A stretch of 64,000 bases of DNA. Source: Geosiphon pyriformis uo1 (lineage: Eukaryota; Fungi; Glomeromycota). The stretch spans positions 447,696 to 511,695 of the forward strand of contig JAAOMT010000602.1 of assembly GCA_016748015.1 (NCBI GenBank), read 5' to 3'. The notes below the pieces were generated by a model, which worked only from the letters and a program-made list of their open reading frames with translations, ran no database searches and was not told the DNA's origin. Made by a program: the position numbers and the translations under genes. Each line of letters begins with the position of its first letter. Positions within the stretch are counted from its first letter, which is position 1. Positions 38,998 to 50,777 of this stretch are shown here, piece by piece.

Positions 38998-41900
38998 ATA
39001 AACAACCACTTTTACAAAAACCTCAGCCAATACTTGGAAACACTACAAATAGACGAAGAAATGCCAGTAAAAGAGCTAATTAAGCTCCAAAAATTAGCAA
39101 AACACTATTTCATCCAAAATCACATATTTTATTACCGGAATCGACAAAATCCAGATAATCTATTAAGAGTTATAACCACGGATGAAAAAGAAACTATCTT
39201 ATTTAACATGTACTCAGATATTCATTCAGGCCACTTTGGAAAAACAGCAACCATCCAACATGCAACTAGCCATTACTATTGGCCAAAAATGAGCTCAGAC
39301 ATAATCCAATACATAAGAAATTAACTTCGATTTCGATGGAGCTCAATCTTGAAAAGAGGGGATAATGTTACAGTTTAAGAATTTAGCAAAAAGAATCATA
39401 AAAATAATACAAACTATTCAATCATAATATAGCACAGTAATAATCTTAGAAAAGTAATGATTAACATAATAGCAAACACCATCTCGCAATAGTGGCAAGC
39501 ACCAGTTCACAATAGCAGCTAACACCAACTGGTGATAGCAGCAAGCACCAGGTTGAAATATCAAAAAGAAAGTATTTTCTCGTAGAACTACAAACATGTA
39601 TATATACAGTAGTTTTAATATTGAGAAAGGATCAATCAAGTAATAAAAATCATAACTTATCAAGCAATAGATCCAATTTTATCCAACAAACTCCACTTTA
39701 AATCATACTTTCAAATTAAATATCCCAAGAAACCTTTAAAATCAAAAAGAAATGAAAAAGAATATTTAAAACGGAACTATCACAACCCAAAGTATTAAGA
39801 AACTTACTTGTATTATTTATTGAATGAAAATATCATTCATCAACTGAATCCCTTGGAAGAATAATCCTTGATCAAGATTATTCACGGTGTTACTAATTGA
39901 TAAAAGCTTTATTNNNNNNNNNNNNNNNNNNNNGCCACCCCAAATGCCCAGAAACCAGTACACGCCAATACCATGCCAATATCCCACCACGTATCAAAAT
40001 CAAGGAGCTTACCAGCAACAGCCCATGATAGCCAACCCGAATTGGCGTCCCGAAGCCCGAAATTAGCCCATGTAGAACCAGAACGCGTTGGTCCAGAGGA
40101 ATCCAAACCGCGCCAGAACCAATCAGCAAACCAATCCAAACTACCAAAATTATCAACAAACTTACCTTAATATACCAGAAAACCTGATCATCGGAAACAA
40201 TGACGGTAGAAATATAAACAGAACCAAGAATTCTTCCAAATTGAGCCAGACAATACCACCAGCAGTTGCCACCGAAGATAGCAGCCTCGCAGCTATTTTT
40301 CCTTTTGAATTAGAGGAAAACAAGGCTATGNNNNNNNNNNNNNNNNNNNNAGACGAAGAAATGCCAGTAAAAGAGCTAATTAAGCTCCAAAAATTAGCAA
40401 AACACTATTTCATCCAAAATCACATATTTTATTACCGGAATCGACAAAATCCAGATAATCTATTAAGAGTTATAACCACGGATGAAAAAGAAACTATCTT
40501 ATTTAACATGTACTCAGATATTCATTCAGGCCACTTTGGAAAAACAGCAACCATCCAATGTGCAACTAGCCATTACTATTGGCCAAAAATGAGTTCAGAC
40601 ATAATCCAATACATAAGAAATTGTGACCCATGCCAATGAAGAGGAGGAGCAAAAACAATGGAATTATTAAGACCAATAAAAGTTGAACAGTCATTTGACA
40701 GAATCGGAATTGATTTAGTTGGACTCTTACCAATAACAACAAGAAACAACCGTTATATTGCAGTAACCATGGACTATCTCACCAAATGGCCAGAAGCTAG
40801 AGCTATTAAAACAGCTAATGCTATTTCCATAGCTCAATTCGTACATAAAGACTTAATTTGCCGACATGGATGTCCACAAGAATTGCTATCAGATCAAGGC
40901 ACACACTTCGTAAACAGCACCTTAAAAGAACTTAGCCAAAAATTTGGAATCAAGCGACTACTGTCATCACCATACCACCCTCAAACAAATGGATTAGTTG
41001 AAAAATTTAATCGCACATTATGCGAATCACTGGCGAAAATTAGTAATGAACATGAAAAAGAATGGGATTTGTTCATACCAGCAGTACTACTAGCATATAG
41101 AACAGTAAAACAAGATACTACACAATTCACACTGTTTGAACTAGTTTATGGAAGAAAAGCCNNNNNNNNNNNNNNNNNNNNTGGAGTGGAAAATTTGATC
41201 ACAAGTGGGATGGACCATTTTATATTTACGAAATACTTGGAAATGGAGCATACAAGCTAAGACTAGATGATAAAATATTAAGAAAAGCAGCACATGGTAA
41301 CCGGCTGAAATTCTATTACAGTAAACCAGTAATAACAACAAAAACACCCAGAATTGGAACACAATTATCTTTAATTCTACCAGAACAAATTCCACGAGAT
41401 TTAGAACCAATAGTTTTAATTGAACATTATTCGAAAAGATAATTAATCTTAGATCACAGCAAAAATGATTTAACAACTATAAAAACACATGCAAAAGATT
41501 CCAAAATAACAGTCAAAATTAAAACAATGATACTTATTCCAGAAAACATCAACAATATAACTCAACAATTAGTTNNNNNNNNNNNNNNNNNNNNGAATTG
41601 CTATCAGATCAAGGCACACACTTCGTAAACAGCACCTTAAAAGAACTTAGCCAAAAATTTGGAATCAAGCGACTACTGTCATCACCATACCACCCTCAAA
41701 CAAATGGATTAGTTGAAAAATTTAATCGCACATTATGCGAATCACTGGCGAAAATTAGTAATGAACATGAAAAAGAATGGGATTTGTTCATACCAGCAGT
41801 ACTACTAGCATATAGAACAGTAAAACAAGATACTACACAATTCACACTGTTTGAACTAGTTTATGGAAGAAAAGCCACATTACTCGTTGAACTTACTATC

Positions 41901-42090
41901 CCAACTTATCCAAGTGACACTATCACGGAAGCAACATTCCAGAAAACACTACTTAGAAGAACATACGAATTAATGGGAACTTTAGAAAACAAAAGAAGAA
42001 AAGCAGCACAAAATATTGAACAATCACAAGAACAACAAAAAGTGAGACATAATAACCAGTTACCAGATAATATAATTAGCTACAAAATTG
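38998..42090 (+). pseudogene. Integrase ORF pieces of element F (out of order across scaffold gaps)
   Basis: HSGHFG...CDPCQ, IGIDLVG, LSDQG, NGLVEKFN, KWDGPF and DLEPIVLI*; overlapping duplicated segments. Confidence 0.88.
39366..39913 (+). repeat. Extra partial F-family LTR, preceded by a PPT
   Basis: TGTTACAG at 39366; carries variants (GAGAAAGGATCAATC) absent from both flanking F LTRs; ends at an N gap. Confidence 0.85.
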
Positions 42091-42110
42091 NNNNNNNNNN
42101 NNNNNNNNNN

Positions 42111-42468
42111 AATTAATTACTGTTATTATCAACTAGGAAAGCACTTGAACATACAAACATTATACTCAAAAGACTCAACTAGAGTGTTTGACAAAACAAC
42201 TATCCAACTATTAGAACCTTTCATTGGAAAAACCAACACTACATTCCATTCAAAAACAGTTTACAGAATTTTCAAAGCATTTGAAAACTGTCACAAATTA
42301 TTGTTGGACCCAACCATAAACATAATAACAACCAACAGTATTGGACAACTTACCAACTCGCAATTTCAAGAATTACAACAACAAATTAATAACACAGTAT
42401 TGAACCACTATAGTAACTTAGAATTTAATGAAGAAATTAACTTCGATTTCGACGAAGCTCAATCTTGA
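42111..42468 (+). CDS. ORF3 of element F, C-terminal half (unknown function)
   Basis: Open frame ...YRIFKAFE...NSIGQLTNSQFQELQQQI...FDFDEAQS* abutting the PPT. Confidence 0.7.
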
Positions 42469-42481
42469 AAGGAGGGGATAA

Positions 42482-43342
42482 TGTTATGGTTTAAGAATTT
42501 AGCAAAAAGAATCATAAAAATAATACAAACTATTCAATCATAATATAGCACAGTAATAATCTTAGAAAAGTAATGATTAACATAGTAGCAAACACCATCT
42601 CGCGATAGTGGCAAGCACCAGTTCACAATAGCAGCCAACACCAACTGGTGATAGCAGCAAACACCAGGTTGAAATATCAAAAAGAAAGTATTTTTTCGTA
42701 GAACTACAAACATGTATATATACAGTAGTTTTAATATTGGGAAATAAAAAAAAAATCAAGTAATAAAAATCATAACTTATCAAGCAACAGATCCAACAAA
42801 CCCCACTTTAAATCATACTTTCAAATTAAATATCCCAAGAAATCTTTAAAAATCAAAAAGAAATGAAAAAGAATATTTAAAACGGAACTATCACAACCCA
42901 AAGTATTAAGAAACTTACTTGTATTATTTATTGAATGAAACTATCATTCATCAACTGAATCCCTTGGAAGAATAATCCTTGATCAAGATTATTCACGTTG
43001 TTACTAATTAATAAAAGCTTTATTGTGAGAATTAGAAAAGCGCTAAAGACCATTAACATTCTGTGTTTCTAGATTAGAGAAACACATTAGGCAATTGCAA
43101 GGATAGCCTCAGAGAAGACCCCAGACAGTGAGTAGATTTCAGTTCAGCCTCTGAGAAGGAATACATAAACACACACAACAATCAAGAATTAAAGAATAAC
43201 TTACATCGCAACAGTAAAAAGAAAGCCTTCAGTGTAACAGTGACATTATCACACAAATAGAATTGAGGAACTCACAAAAGACTGATTGCAATTAAAGTGA
43301 GATATCAGCAATTAAATATAACAAAAAAACCATCCCGTAACA
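42482..43342 (+). repeat. 3' LTR of element F
   Basis: TGTTAT...GTAACA termini, following the PPT. Confidence 0.92.
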
Positions 43343-43346
43343 CCAC

Positions 43347-46300
43347 CCCAATGACAGAATCAAAATAACTACCTTTTATCATCCAACAATCAACCACAAA
43401 GCTGTCATTATTGTGAAATTCCAGAGCATTGGAAATGAGATTGTAGAAAAATGCAAAGAGACCAACAAAACAGAAATAATTAACATTATTTCCAACATCA
43501 ACAGTCCTACTATTAATCTCTACTACCAGCATATTATTTACCAAGACCATAGTATCAAAACATCTATTATCAACCAATTTTACAACCAATACAACAGCAA
43601 TCTTCACAAATTCAACAATATCAAGTACCTGCCCAAAGATTGGTTCAACAAAACCAATTCATACTTCAAAATCAATTCAGAATAATAACAACAGAATCAA
43701 CTCAAACAACCAGTTAGTTCTCCAAAATTCTGGTCAGTAAAGACCCAATCACTATCACACTCAATCCAGTTATCTCACAATGCCTAAAAAATCAAATTTT
43801 CAACAAACTGCACTTTTTGAAGGTAAAGTGGCAGTACTAAGATCAAATTCTTTCAACAATACTATTCCACCAGCCCAAATTGCTCAAAATACCAATCTCT
43901 GATATATTTCCATTTGAATTTAAAGCCAATAAATCACTATTCTTGCTTAGCAATACAGCAATCAATAAGCAAAAGACAATTACTGCTATATATCAGAAGC
44001 TAAAGTAGAAGGCAAACCTATTTGGTTAATTCTAGATAGTAAATCAGTTAGAAGTATTATTACTTATCAATTAATACAACAACTCAATTGAAACATTAAT
44101 AGACCAGCCCAAACAGTAATTGTTATAGCTAATGGCATGAAAAAAACCCCAGTAGGAGAAATTGACAACTTTCTATTTATCATTAATAGAATTATCATTT
44201 CAGTTAAAGTTTTAGTCATAGATGCACCTCAATATTAAGCTCTTGTCAAAAATGATTGGTTTCTCAAAACCAATGCAAATCTAGATTGGAAAACCCAAGA
44301 ACTAAAAATTTTATACCAAAGACAATATATTAGAGTATCTGCCACCTCTGAAAAGCTCTAGTATTCGAATTTGAAAAGAAGAAAGAACTACCAATTACTG
44401 AAATCTTTATGACTTTTGAATTACCATCCAATTGGACTAAGAAAACAGAACAAAAAATCTTTAAGAAAACCAGAGAATAGAATGTAGTTAGATATTTTAT
44501 ACCAGAACCAAGGAAACAACCACCTTATATTCCATTCAAATACAAAGATTGCAACAAGAAACTTTTATTAATAAAAACATGTATTTTCTCAGAAGAAGAA
44601 TATGAAACTTGCATCTATTACTTTTGTAAAACATGTTATAAAGAATGATTTAAATACTCCAAACAAAGTGGAAAATAGGACAACACTTCTTGTCTCATAT
44701 GTAAAGACATGCTATCAAAAGAATACAACTGGATTGATGTTGTAATAAGAGGAGAAGTATGTGATTAAACCTGCCAATATGTTCTATTAATCTCGAAAAA
44801 ATTTAGAAAAGAAACATCATTTGATGCAGCATATAACAGTGCTTTTAACAAACTCTACTATTACCCTTATGATACTAAAATAATTTTTGATTTAGCAATA
44901 GCTTTAATCAATGAAGCCACTTAGAAAAATGTTTGCCAAATAAAAAAAGCCAAGTACATTGAATACATAATGGAATTAGCTAGATTCAACTATGAAGATA
45001 AAGTAAAAACATACCACCAAATTGCAAGCCACACTTATTTAACCCAAAAAGCTCAAATTTAATAATTGAAACAAATGAACATTTAATTGTGTGAAGAATG
45101 CATTATGTCTTGTGATGATAAATAGTGTCCAAAATACTATGCCCTTAGCATTTTTTTATTCAGCAAAGATAATCAAAAAGAAATTAAGTTTGGAGAACTT
45201 GAGCCAAAAGAAGAAATTGCAACAACTTTAATCTATTTTACTGAGAATCAACTAGCCCTACAATTCAAATACTTCAACAACAATGGTCAAGGAATCAAGC
45301 CAAAAAAAGTCCATAATATGAATGCTGGATATAATTTATAATACTCAGAAAAAGATATTTTGGTCTTCCAACCAAAATTTTTAACAAAAATCAATCTAAA
45401 AATTGCTCTTGAAATTCTATTAGGAGCAATGGTTCAAATTGCTTCTTGATTATCTTTAGCCAGCAAAAGAATCAACATCAGAGAAAGAGTTATAGATACA
45501 GGATATACTGGAGACATCACTATCATACTATAAAATAAAACTGAAAAACCATTTAGAATAGAGCATGCTGAAAAAATTGCTCAAGCAATTTACTTACTTT
45601 TAATTAACATTTCAGAATTGAAATTAGTTAGTAACAAAGAACAATTAGGCAAAAGTGAAAGAAGAATACAAGGTTTTGGTTCAACTGGATAATTTACAGT
45701 TCCAGTAAACATAATTCTTAATACACAAAATAAATCTCACCAGATTCTTCAACTTCTCCAACCAATTATTATTTCACCTTTTGGAAAACATCACGAAATT
45801 TACACTTGCTTAATACTCACTACTACTCAACAAATTTTTGAATTCAATGAACAAATCTGTTTAAAGCATGAAATCTCAATCCAAAACGTTTATATTCCCA
45901 AAGGAATGAAGAAATTTCAAGTTATATTTTACAATCCTAATAATTATTCTATTGTTTTATTAAATAAATTAAAAATTGGAATCATACATAGCAACATTTT
46001 TTAAGATAAAAACTCTCAAATTTTCTCTAATTTCATTGAAATTGTAAGACATATCCTACTTCCCAATCCAAACATCATCTCTACTACTGAAAACTACCAC
46101 TTTTTAGAAGAAAAACTCTCTCAAATTAACATGGGTCTTCTAAAACCCCAACAACAAAGACAATTGAAACAGTTAATAGCTGAATTTGCTGACATATTTG
46201 CAAAAGACAACAATAATCTAAGAAAAACTGATATTGTTTAAAATTAAATTCACACAGAAAATATTCAACCAAAATAACAATAAGTCTATTAAGTTCTACT

Positions 46301-49300
46301 TGCTAACCACCAATTTATTGGAGAAAAAGTTCAAAGAATGCTTAATAATGGATTGATTTAATTATCAAGAAGTTTTTGGGTTTTACCAGTAGTTTTGGTT
46401 AAAAAAAAAGGAAAAATCAGATTTTGCATTAACTATTGCTAATTAAACAGTGTGACAATTAGAGATGCCTACTCACTTCCAAAAATTAATGACATGCTAG
46501 ATGCTCTAGGAAAAACCAAGTTCTTCTCAACTTTAGACTTGAAAAGTAGATACTAACAAGTCGAAATAAACCCAAAAAATTGACCCAAAACAGCATTTAC
46601 CACCCAAGAAGGAAACTATGAATTCAATATTATGCTTTTTAAACTTTGTAATGTACCAGCAATATTCTAGCAACTCATAAATGTTGTATATGAAAGATTT
46701 TTATGGCAATCAGTAGTTGTCTATCTTAATAACATTAATGTATATTTACCAAGCTTTAAAGCTTATCTTATTTACCTACAAAAAGTTTTTCAATGATTAC
46801 AGAAAGCAAGATTGAAGTTGAACATTGAGAAATGTCATTTTGGAAAAACAAGTTTAATCTTTCTTGAACATATTGTTAGCAAAGATGAAGTCAAACCAAA
46901 CCCTGGAACAATCAGTGTTGCCAAAAACTTTTAAACTCCCAAAAATACCACAGAGCTATGAGAATTTATAGGATTAGTCTCTTATTATCAGAAATTGCCA
47001 AACCATTCAATTATCTTACCAACAAAAATGTGTCATATTAATGGACTGAAAAACAACAGAAAGCCTTTGAAACTCTCAAAACAAAGCTAACAACAGCCCC
47101 AATTCTTGCTTACCCAAACTTTAACAAATAGTTCCAACTAGCCACTAATGCTTTATACATAGCATTTGGTGCTATTCTATTACAATTAAATGAAAATGGC
47201 CAGGAACAAGTTATTGCCTATGCCAGTAGGACACTTAAACCAACAGAACTCAAATATGGCTCAACTGAATTAAAAATTGCTGCAGCTATTTGGGCTCTTA
47301 AATACTTTCAACAATATCTGAAAAATAGAAAAGAATTCGACATTATAACTAATAATATTGGTTTCAAATGGTTCAATAAAAAGAAAACTGAACAAAATGC
47401 TAAACAGTCTCAATAGAATAATTTTCTAGCAGACTACAAGTATATTGTACATCACAAACCAGGAAAACTACATACCAATATTGATAGCCTTTCAAGAATA
47501 AGACAAGATTAATACCAATAACAATCTCACTACAACTTATTAACTTAGCAATAATAACCAAACAACAATAGATCCCAGAAATTACAACAACATCAAAAAC
47601 TATTTAAAGACTCTTACCATGCCAGAAAATTAGTTTCCAATTGAAAAAAATTGATTACAATACCAATCAAAAAAATATTTCATACATCACAACAAATTTT
47701 ATTATAAAAACTGCAAAAATCCAAACTAACTATTCAGATTAGTACAAGAAAATAAAAAAAAACAATTCTATACAACATATATACAGATCTTTTTTCAGCA
47801 CACTTGAGAAGAAATAAAACAATTCAAAGAATTTTTGAACATTATTTTTGGCCCTACATGTAAAAAAACATTTGATAATATATAGAATCTTGTGATAGTT
47901 GTCAAAGAAAAGGAAAAACTCACTTTACAGAATCTCTAAATTCAATTAAAGTTGGACAACTTTTTGATAGAGTTGGAATTAATTTAGTTGAACCATTACT
48001 TATCACAACTCAAGAAAATCATTATATTGCAGTTGCAGTAGATTATCTTACCAAATGGCTTGAAGCTAGAGCCATCCAAAGAGCAGATACAAAATCAGTA
48101 GCAAATTTCATCTATGAAGACATTATTTGTAGACATAAATGGCCAATTGAACTTTTATCCAATTAAAAAACACATTTTGTAAACAACTTAATACAAAAAA
48201 TTTATAAATAATTCAATGTCAAAAGACTTCTATTATCACTTTATTACCCCCAAACAAATGAATTTGTAGAATGTTTCAACAAAACATTGTGTGAATTTTT
48301 AGCCAAAGTCTCAACTAATTTTGAGCAAAAATGAAATATATTTATTTCATCAGTGTTACTAGTCTACAGAACACTAAAACAAGATACTACAAAACACATA
48401 CCATTTGATTTTACTTATAGAAGAACAGCAATATTACCAATTAATTTCAAAGTAGAAACATATCCAGTACAACCAATCAATAAAGAAAACTTTTATAAAA
48501 CACTTTAGAAAAAAGCCTACACTCTTCTTAGTATACTGGAAAGAAAAAACAAATAGCAATCATTCATATTGAACATTCCTAAACTCAACAAAAAAAAAGG
48601 CATGATAATAAATTGCCATTAGTTACTAATGAATTTAAAATTGGAAATAAAGTTTTCTTACACAGAACTAAGACTGAAAAACAATGGAGTAAAAAATTTG
48701 AACATAAATAGAATAGACCATTTTATATCTACGAAATTTTAGACAATGGATCATACAAATTAAAACTTGATAACAAGTACTAGCAAAAATTGCACATGGA
48801 AATCAATTGAAACATTATCATTCCAGAAACAATTCTAAACCATTAATTCCACAAATTGGTATACATTCTCTTTTAATTAATTTTGAAGATATTCCCTGAA
48901 ATTTAGAACCAATAGTTATAATAAAACAATAACCAAACTTAAACATTTAATTTAAAATTTTACAATAACCCCTTTAAAATACACAAAACATAAAACAAAA
49001 ATAGTAAATAATAAATACAAGAAACACTCAAATCCAAAAACAAATAAAATCCTATACTCAAAAATAATTTTTCTTATTCTTTTTTTTTAAATTTTATTAA
49101 TTAGTCATTTTTATCATGATTATTCTTCGAAACATTTAACAAATATTCCAAAAATTAATGTTAGCCTTGAAAACACTTCCTGACTTATCCATAATAATTA
49201 ATAGAAGTCAAATTAATTACACTCAAAAAAAAAACCATAATACTAGTAAAAAATAATACTCAAAACTATTATTCTTATAGAAAAAAAACAAAAGGTCACT

Positions 49301-49793
49301 CTGGAAATCAATTACCAGAACTTTTAAAACAAGCACTAAAAGAAAATCTTTTATTTACTCCTATTAACATTCTACCAAATGCCACAATTTAACAAAAATT
49401 TCTACTATTTCTTAATGAACAGAACAATAATCATACTCTTATTTATAGATATTTTCATATTGAAAAAACACTTTATGAACGAAAACTGGAACTTGAAGCA
49501 ACAAATATTACTCCTAAAGCTATACAAAAACAAATTCACAAGGAATTCAAGACAACAGCTAAACCAACAAACACTTACTACAAACTTAGAACAGCATTTA
49601 GACTTTATGATTTATTTAATACTTGTGAAAATGTTTTACAAAATCCAATACTTTATTCAATAAAGATTCAATACATTGGAAAGCTTACAGAACTGAAATT
49701 TCAACAATTTTTGGATCAAATTGCTTTAATTATTTTGGACTACTATCTTGACATTACAGATAATGCTTGAATTTCAACAAAGCTCAGTCTTAA
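43347..49793 (+). pseudogene. Remainder of element E: gag end, PR, Cys-rich domain, dUTPase (~45270-45690), RT, RH (stop 47510-47512), IN (47568-48932), ORF3 (49116-49793)
   Basis: Heavily stop-ridden, but motifs remain readable: LILDS, VIDTGYTG, KIAQAI, GFGSTG, IAYASR, DSLSRIRQD*, NLEPIVII, IGKLTELKF. Confidence 0.85.
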
Positions 49794-49804
49794 GAAGAAG
49801 ATTA

Positions 49805-50777
49805 TGTTACCAGTAAAATTTTAGCTATTAATTAGCATGAAATTATCTTCATAATTCATATTATTAATTAGCATATACTATTATTATTTCAATTATCATT
49901 TATTATTTAATTAAATTATCAAATATCATTACTTAATTAATAACCTGATTTGTATCATAGAAATTAAGATGATCAAATTACACAATATTCTGAACCATTT
50001 AATATAGTCAAAATTCGCTGAAATTGAGGAAAATTGGCCGAAATAATCAATAGTTTGTAAAAATAACTTGTAGTTTACCGAAATGTATCTTTAATTCACT
50101 AAAATTAGAGTAAAGAGAAAAGTGTGAGTTCAAAGACTAGTACTACAACAAGTTGTATAAAAAAAAAGCTTTTTTTTTCAAGAAAATGTATCTTCTTATA
50201 GTATCTTAACATATTATCTTATTTTAAATATCTTAATTGGAACAAATCACTTTTTACATATCTCAAATAAAAATTAAATATTCGAAAACCAAATTCTTTA
50301 AATTATTACACTTGAAATTCTCTTAACACAACTAACATTTTGAAATTGATTAGCTACCAATTTCAGTAATCTGTTAGTAACTTCAGGCCTGAATAGAAAA
50401 CGTTTCTCTTATTAGAATTCAATTTCTTTTACATTTTCTTTATTTTTCTTTTATTTTCTTATTACAATCATTAAGGTAGTCTATAGACAAGATTTCTGTA
50501 GAAAAGTTGACTTTCACAACAAAGTAACTACACATTTTAGTAAGCTTCCAGATGAGCAATTCCTGAGAAAGAGTTGACATTTACTACAATGTAACTACAC
50601 AAAGTAACTGGTACAAAATTGGCTATTTCACTTATAAGCCCAGCAGTTCAAATTATAGAAGATAATTTGAAGATAAATTCAGTTATTGGAGGTTTAACTG
50701 CTTCCAGAAAACGTGAAATTAGCAACAGACAGATATTAACAACAGTCAAAAAAAGAGACCAAAAACCTCCAGTAACA
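49805..50777 (+). repeat. 3' LTR of element E
   Basis: TGTTACC...AGTAACA termini, after the purine tract AAGAAGAAGATTA. Confidence 0.92.

Larger units (their letters stand above)
32483..43342 (+). mobile_element. Ty3/Gypsy element F (third LTR family, youngest; internally mis-scaffolded)
   Basis: Near-identical LTRs at 32483-33353 and 42482-43342; perfect TSD CCAC (32479-32482 and 43343-43346); PBS TGGTGAACCCTATGAGG; PPT GAAAGGAGGGGATAA. Confidence 0.92.
29195..50777 (+). mobile_element. Ty3/Gypsy element E (second LTR family), inserted in the RNase H of D
   Basis: LTRs at 29195-31073 (interrupted) and 49805-50777; TSD ATGT (29191-29194) / ATAT (50778-50781); PBS remnant TAGTGCTCTTCC. Confidence 0.9.

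Noticed and set aside
39934-42110. Apparent internal duplications in F (39934-40330 = ~34962-35359; 40351-40622 = ~39051-39322; 41595-41875 = ~40880-41161)
   Set aside because: Each is near-identical and bounded by 20-N gaps, so these are most likely scaffolding artefacts of a collapsed repeat.
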